Assembly (NCBI GenBank): GCA_963791045.1
Contig: CAWBQK010000017.1
Coordinates: forward strand, 192,001 to 256,000
DNA: 64,000 nt
Direction: 5' to 3'
Origin: Candidatus Latescibacterota bacterium
Lineage (GTDB): Bacteria; Krumholzibacteriota; Krumholzibacteriia; WVZY01
Within the stretch, counting starts at the first letter, position 1; every line of letters starts with the position of its first letter. The notes below the pieces were generated by a model, which saw only the letters and a list, made by a program, of their open reading frames with translations, was not told where the DNA came from and made no database searches. A program made the translations under genes and the position numbers. Positions 1-9,091 of this stretch are shown here, piece by piece.

Positions 1-566
1 CCGCCGTGATTGATGATTTCACCGTTGGGAAGAACCGCTTCGATTCCAAGAATGTAATCTTTTGTGACCCCGTATTTGACGGCGTGCGGGCCGCCGGCGC
101 ACTCGGCAAGATTGCCGCCGAGACGGCAGCTGCCCTTACTGGCCGGGTCGGGAGGGTAGTAGAGACCCTTGTCTTCGACGGCTTCCTGCAGCTCCTGTGT
201 GATGACGCCGGGTTCGACAACCGCCATGAGGTTGTTGGTGTCGATTTCGATGATCTTGTCGAGGCGTTCGAGCCCAAGGACGATTCCGCCAAAAAGAGGC
301 AGTGCTCCTCCGGACAATCCCGTGCCGCCGCCGCGGGGCGTGACGGGAATATCATTATCCCAGGCGATCCGCATTGTTTTGGAAACGGAATCGGTCGTGG
401 TGGGAAGCACCACAACCTCGGGTGGGAAAACAAAGTCCTCGGTTTCGTCGGAACCGTAGATTTCGATCGATTCATCGTCGACGAGCACGTTCTCTTTGCC
501 CGCCGCTTGGCGGAGCAAAGCGAGAATGTCGGGTGTGACTTTTCCAAATTCGAGTTGCTTGGTCAT
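1..566 (-). CDS. FAD-binding oxidoreductase, GlcD/D-2-hydroxyacid dehydrogenase family (3' end runs off window)
   Basis: Not in ORF track. Manual minus-strand translation from ATG at 566: [15 protein letters not shown]...[18 protein letters not shown]...[50 protein letters not shown], which carries typical FAD_binding_4 motifs. Confidence 0.9.
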   Translation of the reverse strand, partial: [188 protein letters not shown]

Positions 567-621
567 CGGGTCTCCGTGTAATGGTATCTGGTCGTGCCGA
601 ATACTTCATTGCAGGCAAACG

Positions 622-1584
622 CTAATCAGACTTGTCAAAACTCCCCGTGTCATGGACGTCCAAAACGAGGACTCCTCTGGAATCGTTTGCGACATACAAG
701 TAACCGTCGTGCGCGGTCACCTTGTTCGCGAATCCGCCGTCGGTGTCAAAACGGTGTAAGAATTCGAGGTGATCCGGAGCGACAAAGCGAAATATAATAA
801 CGCCGGCCTGGCCGTCGGCCACGTAGACCAATGTTCCGTCGGTGGCGACGCCGTGCGCGAGATCGTTTGTACGGGCATTCGCCACGAGCGCGGGCGTTGA
901 TGGGTCCGATATGTCGACAACGCTCAATCCATGAACGCCGTCCGCGACAAAAGCCACGTTCTTGTTGAAAGCAACATCGCGCGCATCGCCCTTCGTAGGC
1001 AATGATCCGCGGCTGGTCGGCACGCCGTCATCGTCCACTTCGAGAATTATGAGACCGCTTTTTCCGGCGCACACGTAGAGTTCATGAAGGTAAAACCTTA
1101 CACCCCTGCAGTAATCGTCCCACTCTCCACGCCCGGTCAGCCTGGGCGCGTCGGGGGCATTCAAATCAAAAATTGAAACGCCGATGCTGCCGTCCGCGAC
1201 GGCGAGAATGTTTTGTCTGACATCGAGCATCATGGCGGAGCCGGCAGTTTGAATGTGTAATGTGATTTCCGGCGAAACGGGCTCCGTGGCGTCGATGATG
1301 TAAACACCCGCGGGCCCCTGCGCGACGAACACTCGATTGTCATCGGCAAGCACATACGTCGCCGACTGCGGCAGCGGCACGATGGCGATCTCCGTTGGAG
1401 AGGTAGGGTCCGACAAATCGAGAACTCTCAACCCCGCGGAAACACCGGCGAAACCCCGGTCGCCCGAGACGGCGACATGATATGTACGCGCGGAGAGCGG
1501 TTCGACCAGCGATTCGGTTTGTGCGGAGGTCGTGGCAACGATCGCGAGACAAACAATGGAGACGGTAAAGATGAGAGTTTTCAT
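622..1584 (-). CDS. Secreted LVIVD-repeat beta-propeller protein
   Basis: Signal peptide MKTLIFTVSIVCLAIVATTSA; repeated 'xAxVADGxxGLxVVDISDP' units. Confidence 0.85.
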   Translation of the reverse strand: MKTLIFTVSIVCLAIVATTSAQTESLVEPLSARTYHVAVSGDRGFAGVSAGLRVLDLSDPTSPTEIAIVPLPQSATYVLADDNRVFVAQGPAGVYIIDATEPVSPEITLHIQTAGSAMMLDVRQNILAVADGSIGVSIFDLNAPDAPRLTGRGEWDDYCRGVRFYLHELYVCAGKSGLIILEVDDDGVPTSRGSLPTKGDARDVAFNKNVAFVADGVHGLSVVDISDPSTPALVANARTNDLAHGVATDGTLVYVADGQAGVIIFRFVAPDHLEFLHRFDTDGGFANKVTAHDGYLYVANDSRGVLVLDVHDTGSFDKSD

Positions 1585-1660
1585 AGGCGTCAATCTACCA
1601 AACATCGCTTTGATTGACCACGAAAACTTGGTAGAATCCGGTCGCACAAGGAGGTAGAAC

Positions 1661-2974
1661 GTGCGGCGTTCAATCGCGTTTTTTATATTATCAATACTGT
1701 TGCTGAATTCGAATGGTCTCTCCGGAGCAGAGTCCGGTTTTGACGATGACTTTCGTGACGGCACACTTCGGGTCGATCTCGTGCACTCGGGCACATCCGT
1801 GGACGAAGAGTTCGCGATTCGGCGCGTTGTGAAGCAGATGGAGTGGGCGGGCCCGCGGACGAATCTCGCCACAAGCCGGGATATGGGCAAATACAGGGTG
1901 GATCTTATTGACAGTGGCACGCGAAAACGGATTTATCGCCTGGGCTTCAGTTCTTTGTTTGGCGAATGGCAGACGACTGAGGAGGCGGCGGAAACCCGGC
2001 GTGCGTTCGAGGAAACGCTCGAATTCCCGTGCCCCAGAAACCCCGTAGATCTGGAGATTTCAAGCCGAAACAAAAGCGGTGAAATGGAACGTGTTTTTGC
2101 AACCTCGATAGATCCGAACTCGCATCTTGTAGGCCGTCCGGTGACAAATCCGGGTGTCAAGGTTCACGATATCCATGTGAGTGGTGATCCGCACGAAAAG
2201 CTGGATATTCTTATTCTCGGGGATGGGTATACGATTTCCGAGCGGGAAAAATTCAGGAAAGACTGCACGCACATTGCGGACAGATTTCTGGATGCCGAGC
2301 CTTTTGATTCATTGAGAGACCTGATTAGTTTCCGTGGCCTGATGATACCTTCGGCGGAATCCGGTATCGATGAACCCCGAAAGGGAATATTCAGGGACAC
2401 TCCTTTTGGTATGTCGTTCAATACTTTTGATTCACCCAGGTACTGCATGACCGAGTCGGTATGGGCGCTTCACGATGCCGCGTCCTTGGCGCCGCATGAT
2501 GCTATCCTCGTGATGGGGAACAGTTCCCGTTACGGCGGAGGCGCGATATTTAATTTCTACACGGCTTTCATCAGCGATAACGAATTTGACGACTACCTGT
2601 GCGTGCACGAGTTCGGTCACGGGTTCGCGGGGCTTGGCGACGAGTACTATTCGTCAAAAGTCTCGTACAACGAGTTTTACCCCAGAGGCGTCGAACCGTG
2701 GGAACCGAACATAACCGCATTGCTCGACCCCGAGCGCCTGAAATGGGCCGAGTTAGTCGAAGACGGAACACCGATACCAACTCCGGCCGATGACCCCCGG
2801 TTCGGCGAGAAAGTTGGCGCATTCGAAGGCGCCGGTTATGCGGCCAAGGGACTGTTCCGGCCCGCCGTGGACTGCAAAATGTTTTCTAAAGGACATCAGG
2901 AGTTCTGCGCGGTTTGCAAAAAGGCCATGATCGAAATGATCCACCGCTACGCTCAAGACACACCGAAGAAGTAA
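1661..2974 (+). CDS. Secreted peptidase family M64 (IgA-peptidase-like metalloprotease)
   Basis: Signal peptide; DILILGDGY; YGGGAIFN; zinc motif VHEFGHGFAGLGDEY; C-terminal DCKM...FCAVC. Confidence 0.9.
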   Translation: MRRSIAFFILSILLLNSNGLSGAESGFDDDFRDGTLRVDLVHSGTSVDEEFAIRRVVKQMEWAGPRTNLATSRDMGKYRVDLIDSGTRKRIYRLGFSSLFGEWQTTEEAAETRRAFEETLEFPCPRNPVDLEISSRNKSGEMERVFATSIDPNSHLVGRPVTNPGVKVHDIHVSGDPHEKLDILILGDGYTISEREKFRKDCTHIADRFLDAEPFDSLRDLISFRGLMIPSAESGIDEPRKGIFRDTPFGMSFNTFDSPRYCMTESVWALHDAASLAPHDAILVMGNSSRYGGGAIFNFYTAFISDNEFDDYLCVHEFGHGFAGLGDEYYSSKVSYNEFYPRGVEPWEPNITALLDPERLKWAELVEDGTPIPTPADDPRFGEKVGAFEGAGYAAKGLFRPAVDCKMFSKGHQEFCAVCKKAMIEMIHRYAQDTPKK

Positions 2975-2976
2975 AA

Positions 2977-3492
2977 GTGGGAACACCCCAGAAAATAGTC
3001 GTCGATGGTTACAACGTGATTTATGCGGATGATTCTCTTCGGCGGCACGCACTGAGAGACATGCAACGCGCGAGACGCGAGTTTCTCGATCGTATCAAGA
3101 CGTATTTGATGGGGAAGCAGATCCAGGTGACGGTTGTCTTCGACGGACGCGGCGGAATGGTGGACTCCGAAACGATTGTGCCGGGAAAACTGCAGGTGAT
3201 TTACTCGGCGCGTGACGAGACGGCCGACGACCTGATAATCTCCATGGTTTCCAGGTCGGGTAACCCGCAGGCGTATCTTGTGGCTACTTCCGACAAGGCC
3301 CACATCCGCCCCGCCGTGTCGAGGTTGGGGTGCGAGGTTATTGGCGCGATGGGGTTCTTGAAGCGGATTTCCCAGGGTGGACCCGCAAAGGGTGAGAAAA
3401 GAGTCAGGGAAAAGCCGGAGGCAGACGGCGCCGATACAGACTACTGGCTCTCGGAATTTGGAAAGGAAGAGGGGGATGACAAGAACAAATAG
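2977..3492 (+). CDS. NYN/YacP (Rae1-like) PIN-fold ribonuclease
   Basis: IVVDGYNVI, VVFDG, ETADDLI and VATSD motifs; GTG start 2 nt after upstream stop. Confidence 0.85.
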   Translation: MGTPQKIVVDGYNVIYADDSLRRHALRDMQRARREFLDRIKTYLMGKQIQVTVVFDGRGGMVDSETIVPGKLQVIYSARDETADDLIISMVSRSGNPQAYLVATSDKAHIRPAVSRLGCEVIGAMGFLKRISQGGPAKGEKRVREKPEADGADTDYWLSEFGKEEGDDKNK

Positions 3493-3587
3493 AGGGGGCG
3501 GCGAGAATTCTCTTAGAAATTTGGGGTGTTCCTATTAGAATGAATATGTTCGCAACTTTGAAAACAACAGCAATTTGATTTAAGTAA

Positions 3588-4547
<960 letters not shown>

Positions 4548-4648
4548 GCGAGGTATGTAATGTTCAATCGAAGCGCACGGGAGCTTTCGCTCGCGTGCGT
4601 TTTGATTGTAAATGTGGATGCGGGGATTCTAAAAAAGGGGGCACGAGA

Positions 4649-5412
4649 GTGCGAAGGATGTTTGTATTCGTCGTTGTTCTGATATCGTTCTCGGTTGGGT
4701 TGGCCGCGGCGCAATCTCAGGGGGTGGACTTGGATCAGCTCAAGAGGATCGCGGAGCGATTCAATTTTCTGTTTATCCATGTCGGGGCGGAAGGCGGGCC
4801 CACGCGGATAATTTATGCAGATGCGCGTGAACACGTTCACGTATATCGTCTCGAAGGCAACAGGGCGACGCTTGATTGGGAGGCGACAGGGTTGGGATCG
4901 AGGGCATCCGCGTTGATTGTCAAAGACGTTGACGCCGACGGCCGGGAAGAGATCATCATCGCCACCTCGGGGGGCGGATTGTCTTTTACGACGCGGAGAC
5001 ATACGACCTGAAATGGGAGAACCTCGACGCTCCATTCGAGAAAATCGAGTGCATGGTGGCCGCGAATATCGATCGCGACCCCCAGGATGAGCTGATTTTC
5101 ATTGCTGATTCGTACCTTCATATCTACGACGGACTGAGCAGATCGACCGAATGGCAGAGCCAAAGGGAGTTCAGCGCCAGGGAGATTGTGCTTGGAAACG
5201 TCGATGACGACGATCAACTCGAGATCATCCTCAACACCGGAATTATATTTGACACAAGGTTTTACAACGTGGAGTTCGAGGCGGAAATCAGCTTCGGAGA
5301 GAAGATCAGCCTGATGGACGTCAATGGAGATCAGATTCCAGAGGTGATCGGGGAGACAGCGGATTTCACGATAAGAATTTTCGATATTTACGCCGAACGG
5401 GAATTCTGGTGA
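4649..5412 (+). CDS. Secreted FG-GAP/VCBS-like repeat protein, split by a frameshift at G6 run 4969-4974
   Basis: Signal peptide; repeats DVDADGREEII / NIDRDPQDELI / NVDDDDQLEII / DVNGDQIPEVI are shared between ORFs 4595..5011 and 5053..5412; adding one G joins them (..ATSGGRIVFYDAETYDLKWEN..). Confidence 0.75.
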
Positions 5413-5482
5413 AACTCGCCGCCGGAGCTTCATTTGCGTAATGAGGATAAGCGATACGGCTGCTGCTAATGCTAATTTACTC

Positions 5483-5511
5483 TTGAACTTGCGAATCGGT
5501 TGTGGTACAAT
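5483..5511 (+). promoter_or_regulatory. Sigma-70-type promoter for the TWG-tail gene pair
   Basis: TTGAAC-N17-TACAAT with extended -10 TG. Confidence 0.55.
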
Positions 5512-5675
5512 GGCCAAGCCAACGAGTGTAGCACAAGAAAATAATTACATCGGCGCTTTAGATCCTGCATACCAGGGAGCTCTCGGCGTTATGGCGTTAT
5601 ATCGACCGCCCTGTGGATCAAAGAACATTTGATTTGAGCGAACTATCATACACCTGGAAGAGGAGGAGTTCTTCG

Positions 5676-6362
5676 ATGCTCAGTTTGTTAAAAAAGGTGG
5701 TGCCCATCCTCTTGATTTTGATCCTGGCTTCTCCGCCGGCGGCGGATGCCGTGATCAAAAACGAGTCATTTCAGCTTTCTGGTTTTGGCGGGTACTTGAT
5801 CACGCCGGCCGTGTTTGACGGCTCGATCTTCGCCGGAACCCTGTCGCCGGGCACATTCGTTATCGACATCGATGACGTGGTCTGGCCGGTTGACAATCTT
5901 GCCTCGCCGCAGAACGAACGCTGGGATTACATCTTTGCGAATTACTTTGTTTACGACAGCACGCCGGGCGCGCAGTCGTGGACCGCACATTTTCCTCCTC
6001 TACCCCAGCAGCTTCCCGTGGTGACGTGGAGCTTCTATCACAACGGGGATAAGGTCGGCGGGATACTTCAGAGTTTGATTATCACGATAAGCGATAAGGA
6101 CGCCGACGGGGTCGTCGATCCCGATGAGATGAATCTTCAGGCGGTCGGCGGGAACCTTGTAAGCCACATCGAGCAGAGCACGGGTATTTATGAAGGCTTC
6201 TGCGGTGGCGGTTCTCTCAACGGTTCGATTGAAGGTTTTGACCTCTCGCAACCATACGTGATGACGATCAGCGGGGGGACCCTGCTGCTAAGGGACTTCA
6301 GCTGCCAGGTGCCTACACAGAACACAACCTGGGGCGCTGTCAAAGAGATTTACTCAGAATAA
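5676..6362 (+). CDS. Secreted hypothetical protein with C-terminal TWGxxKxxY motif (paralogue 1)
   Basis: SD AGGAGG then ATG at 5676; signal peptide; EF-hand-like DKDADGVVDPDE; ends CQVPTQNTTWGAVKEIYSE. Confidence 0.85.
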   Translation: MLSLLKKVVPILLILILASPPAADAVIKNESFQLSGFGGYLITPAVFDGSIFAGTLSPGTFVIDIDDVVWPVDNLASPQNERWDYIFANYFVYDSTPGAQSWTAHFPPLPQQLPVVTWSFYHNGDKVGGILQSLIITISDKDADGVVDPDEMNLQAVGGNLVSHIEQSTGIYEGFCGGGSLNGSIEGFDLSQPYVMTISGGTLLLRDFSCQVPTQNTTWGAVKEIYSE

Positions 6363-6404
6363 GTACAGCTATGTCGCGGTGAGCACGAGCAGGAAGGGTT
6401 ACTG

Positions 6405-7070
6405 ATGAAATTTACAGCTTTGATGGTTTTGAGCGCGATTCTGGTTCTAAGTGTGCCGGCACTTGCGCAGGTTCCGAGCCATATTCAGTATGAGTTTTCG
6501 GGGACAGGAAACCTGATGGTTTCGCCCGTCCTTTATTCGGGTTCGATCGACACAGGGGAAGCCCTGCTCGTCGGAGGAACCTGGGATATCGCGATCGACG
6601 ATACCGGTTGGCCGGCGGATACGGATAAGGCCGCGCGCTGGGCGTATCTCGATGCAACGTATTTTACACCGAACTTCAATTCGAACGTTTATTCGTGGAC
6701 GGGAATTTTCAGTTCGGCGACAACGGCGAGCGTGCCGACATGGCGTGCCGGTCGTGGTGACGTCGGTGATCTTGTTGGAACTGCGGAAGTCCAGTTGACG
6801 ATCCAGGACTTTGACTTTGACGCGATGATCGATCCCGATGAGAGAATGACGATGCTGCTTTCCGGAACGATTATCGTTATTCGGAACGGCACCGGAATCT
6901 GGGCTGGTTACTGTGGCCTGGGCTCTTACAGCGGGTACACGGAAAATATGGATCCGTGGAATTTCGCGGATGACAATGTCTATGGCTCGTCGGTCCTCGA
7001 CATCGAGGACTGCTCGTTGCCGACAAAGGAAGTTACCTGGGGACACATCAAAACCAGGTACACCGACTAG
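6405..7070 (+). CDS. Secreted hypothetical protein with C-terminal TWGxxKxxY motif (paralogue 2)
   Basis: Signal peptide MKFTALMVLSAILVLSVPALA; DFDFDAMIDPDE; ends CSLPTKEVTWGHIKTRYTD; alignable with upstream gene. Confidence 0.85.
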   Translation: MKFTALMVLSAILVLSVPALAQVPSHIQYEFSGTGNLMVSPVLYSGSIDTGEALLVGGTWDIAIDDTGWPADTDKAARWAYLDATYFTPNFNSNVYSWTGIFSSATTASVPTWRAGRGDVGDLVGTAEVQLTIQDFDFDAMIDPDERMTMLLSGTIIVIRNGTGIWAGYCGLGSYSGYTENMDPWNFADDNVYGSSVLDIEDCSLPTKEVTWGHIKTRYTD

Positions 7071-7093
7071 ATAGAAATAAAACTGAGCGTTTG

Positions 7094-7128
7094 AAAGGCT
7101 CCGGGTGCAAACCCGGGGCCTTTTTTTA
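7094..7128 (+). terminator. Intrinsic terminator (probably bidirectional)
   Basis: aaaGGCTCCGGGT-gcaa-ACCCGGGGCC-ttttttt between convergent genes. Confidence 0.85.
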
Positions 7129-7773
7129 TTGTTTGCGGGTGAAATCGATTTGAATCTGTGTCCACATCCTCGCCGGTTTGCCGTTTATTCTTCCCGGGGC
7201 GAATACGATTTGCCGGGCCGATTCGAGCGCGGCCCGGAGGCAGTCCGCGGGGTGGTCGAACTCGTCCGCTTCGATGTGGAGAATCGTGCCGTCAACGTCC
7301 ACCTGGATGCGGACGTCAATATGCTGGCCAAGACAGTGTTTGAGTTCCCCGGTATCCGGCCAGTCGATTTGAAGCGGTCTCGGGGGGATTTTTATAAACT
7401 CTGAGCCGGGACCCTGTGGAAGGGTTTGGGTCTCATCGCCAAGAATATCATCCAGTTCCTCGGGAACGTCGGACGGCCGGCCGGGTTTGGGGTAGCTGAA
7501 TTCATCGGTTGGGCGTAGCGTTTCTTCGACTTCGGAAATCTCGGTAATCCGTTCGACGATTTGATCATCGCGGGGTTCTTCGATTTCGATCGGTATGTAA
7601 AGTATGGCGTCGGGGCTCGATCGGCCTCTGGTGGCGTTGTCCGTGACGATGTCGGTTTTGCGGCTGAAAAAGGAGAAATGAGACTGTTTGACATAGAGCA
7701 ACAGAGCGAGGTGGATCGCTATCGCCGCCGCGACAAAAACAAGCCACTCCATGGATCGTTTTCGTTGTCTCAT
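7126..7773 (-). CDS. TonB-like protein (N-terminal TM anchor, acidic/Pro linker, TonB_C-like domain)
   Basis: TM AAAIAIHLALLL with His; C-terminal VRIQVDVDGTI...AALESARQIVFAPGRINGKPARMW. Confidence 0.75.
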   Translation of the reverse strand: MRQRKRSMEWLVFVAAAIAIHLALLLYVKQSHFSFFSRKTDIVTDNATRGRSSPDAILYIPIEIEEPRDDQIVERITEISEVEETLRPTDEFSYPKPGRPSDVPEELDDILGDETQTLPQGPGSEFIKIPPRPLQIDWPDTGELKHCLGQHIDVRIQVDVDGTILHIEADEFDHPADCLRAALESARQIVFAPGRINGKPARMWTQIQIDFTRKQ

Positions 7774-7905
7774 TTGCCTTGTGTCCCTTTACGTGCCGGG
7801 CGCTGCGATTGGGTCTTGGAAATAACCGGTATCCTGCCTTAATATTAACCACTTTGACGCCTTTGCGAGTAGACAAAATTAACGGTCTCTTAAAGAGGGA
7901 GAACA

Positions 7906-8475
7906 ATGGAATCGGGCCGGGTAGCCACAGTGCCTAACGGGCTGACCGCTCTTCGGTTGGCGATGACGATCGTTGCCGGCGTAATGTTTTTTGTGGCAGG
8001 GATGGACGGTCCCGCGACGGCTATATGTATCGTGGTGGCGATCTTGGACAGCCTGGACGGATGGCTGGCCCGCCGACTCGATCAGGTTACCGCCCTTGGC
8101 GTGTATCTCGATCCGCTGGTCGATAAGATAATGACGACCCTGGTGTACGGAGTGATTGCTTTCAAGATGGGGAACAGCGTGGTGTGGGGTTTGTTTATTC
8201 TTCTTCTGGTTCGCGATCTAGCGGTGACGGCAAATCGTTCGGCATCCCTGGTGAAACGTGGTCGCTGTATTGCCGCATCGCGTGTGGGCAAGATAAAGAC
8301 GGGGGTTCAAAACATTGGGGGGCTCACCGCCCTCGGATATCTGGTGTGGGTGTCGGATGGGGAAGGGTTAGCGGCGGCGCCGGTGTTGTTTGTGTTTGTT
8401 GTCGTGACTTTTCTGTCGTATCTTTCCGCGTGGAAATACGGCATGCTTTGGCCGAAACGGCGATATTGCCGATAA
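7906..8475 (+). CDS. CDP-alcohol phosphatidyltransferase (PgsA-like)
   Basis: PNGLTALR; DSLDGWLARRLDQVTALGVYLDPLVDK signature; GKIKT. Confidence 0.92.
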   Translation: MESGRVATVPNGLTALRLAMTIVAGVMFFVAGMDGPATAICIVVAILDSLDGWLARRLDQVTALGVYLDPLVDKIMTTLVYGVIAFKMGNSVVWGLFILLLVRDLAVTANRSASLVKRGRCIAASRVGKIKTGVQNIGGLTALGYLVWVSDGEGLAAAPVLFVFVVVTFLSYLSAWKYGMLWPKRRYCR

Positions 8476-8524
8476 TGCCAAAGATAAAATCTAATTCTGT
8501 GAAGATGGAGATATGTTTTCCCGA

Positions 8525-8600
8525 TAACAAAGGGGCCTGTCGCCGACCAGGAACAGGCCCACTTTGACTACCGTCTAACCAAAACGGTAGGCTGGTAGCA
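8525..8600 (-). ncRNA. Candidate small RNA (~75 nt, two hairpins)
   Basis: Minus-strand TTGACA(8634-8629)-N17-TAAGTT(8611-8606); hairpin CUACC..GGUAG; terminal GGGCCUGU/ACAGGCCC stem followed by CUUUGUUAU. Confidence 0.45.
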
Positions 8601-8673
8601 TTTCTAACTTAATTAAGCCAAATACAGTTGTCAAGTTGTTCCCAAATCCATATGTTTATCGCGGGTATTTTAG

Positions 8674-9084
8674 ATGAATTTTAAGCAAAAGAATCGGTTG
8701 TTTTTCAGGGTCACCGTCTTCGTTGTCTGTGGGTCGCTTTTGTGCCTGACGTGGCCGAGGGCGCCTTTGGCGGGCGAATCCGTAGTGGAGGGCGCCCGGA
8801 CGCCGTCGGAAGCAGCCGGTGTGGAAATCCCCAAAAACACCGATCGCCTGTTCAATTTTCTGAATTGGCGTCCGGCCCCGTCGTTTCTTGCAGCCAGCGC
8901 TTTTGCCGACACAACCGACCTCGAATTCCCGGAAGACGAGGAAGTTAATCAGAAGAACCTGGTTCGAGATGTCAGCATCTTCATCGTGGCCTCCGCTTTC
9001 GTGGCTTTCTTTCTTATCAAGGTGTTTCTCGAGGGGGACACCCAGGAGCCCCCGCCGGACGACAATAGTAAGCCCATTCCTTGA
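8674..9084 (+). CDS. Hypothetical membrane protein
   Basis: N-terminal hydrophobic/signal segment, C-terminal TM (IFIVASAFVAFFLIKVFL), short acidic/Pro tail. Confidence 0.6.
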   Translation: MNFKQKNRLFFRVTVFVVCGSLLCLTWPRAPLAGESVVEGARTPSEAAGVEIPKNTDRLFNFLNWRPAPSFLAASAFADTTDLEFPEDEEVNQKNLVRDVSIFIVASAFVAFFLIKVFLEGDTQEPPPDDNSKPIP

Positions 9085-9091
9085 TTCCCCG

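Noticed and set aside
6-581. 191-aa plus-strand ORF
   Set aside because: Antisense shadow of the GlcD-like gene on the minus strand.
2977-3492. NYN nuclease as toxin or defence gene
   Set aside because: YacP/Rae1-type housekeeping family; no antitoxin or defence context.
8533-8600. c-di-GMP-I riboswitch on + strand (GTCTAACC...GGTAGG resembles P3)
   Set aside because: Lacks GGCAAAC, the GNRA-capped P2 and the GACGCAAA junction; promoter evidence favours a minus-strand RNA.
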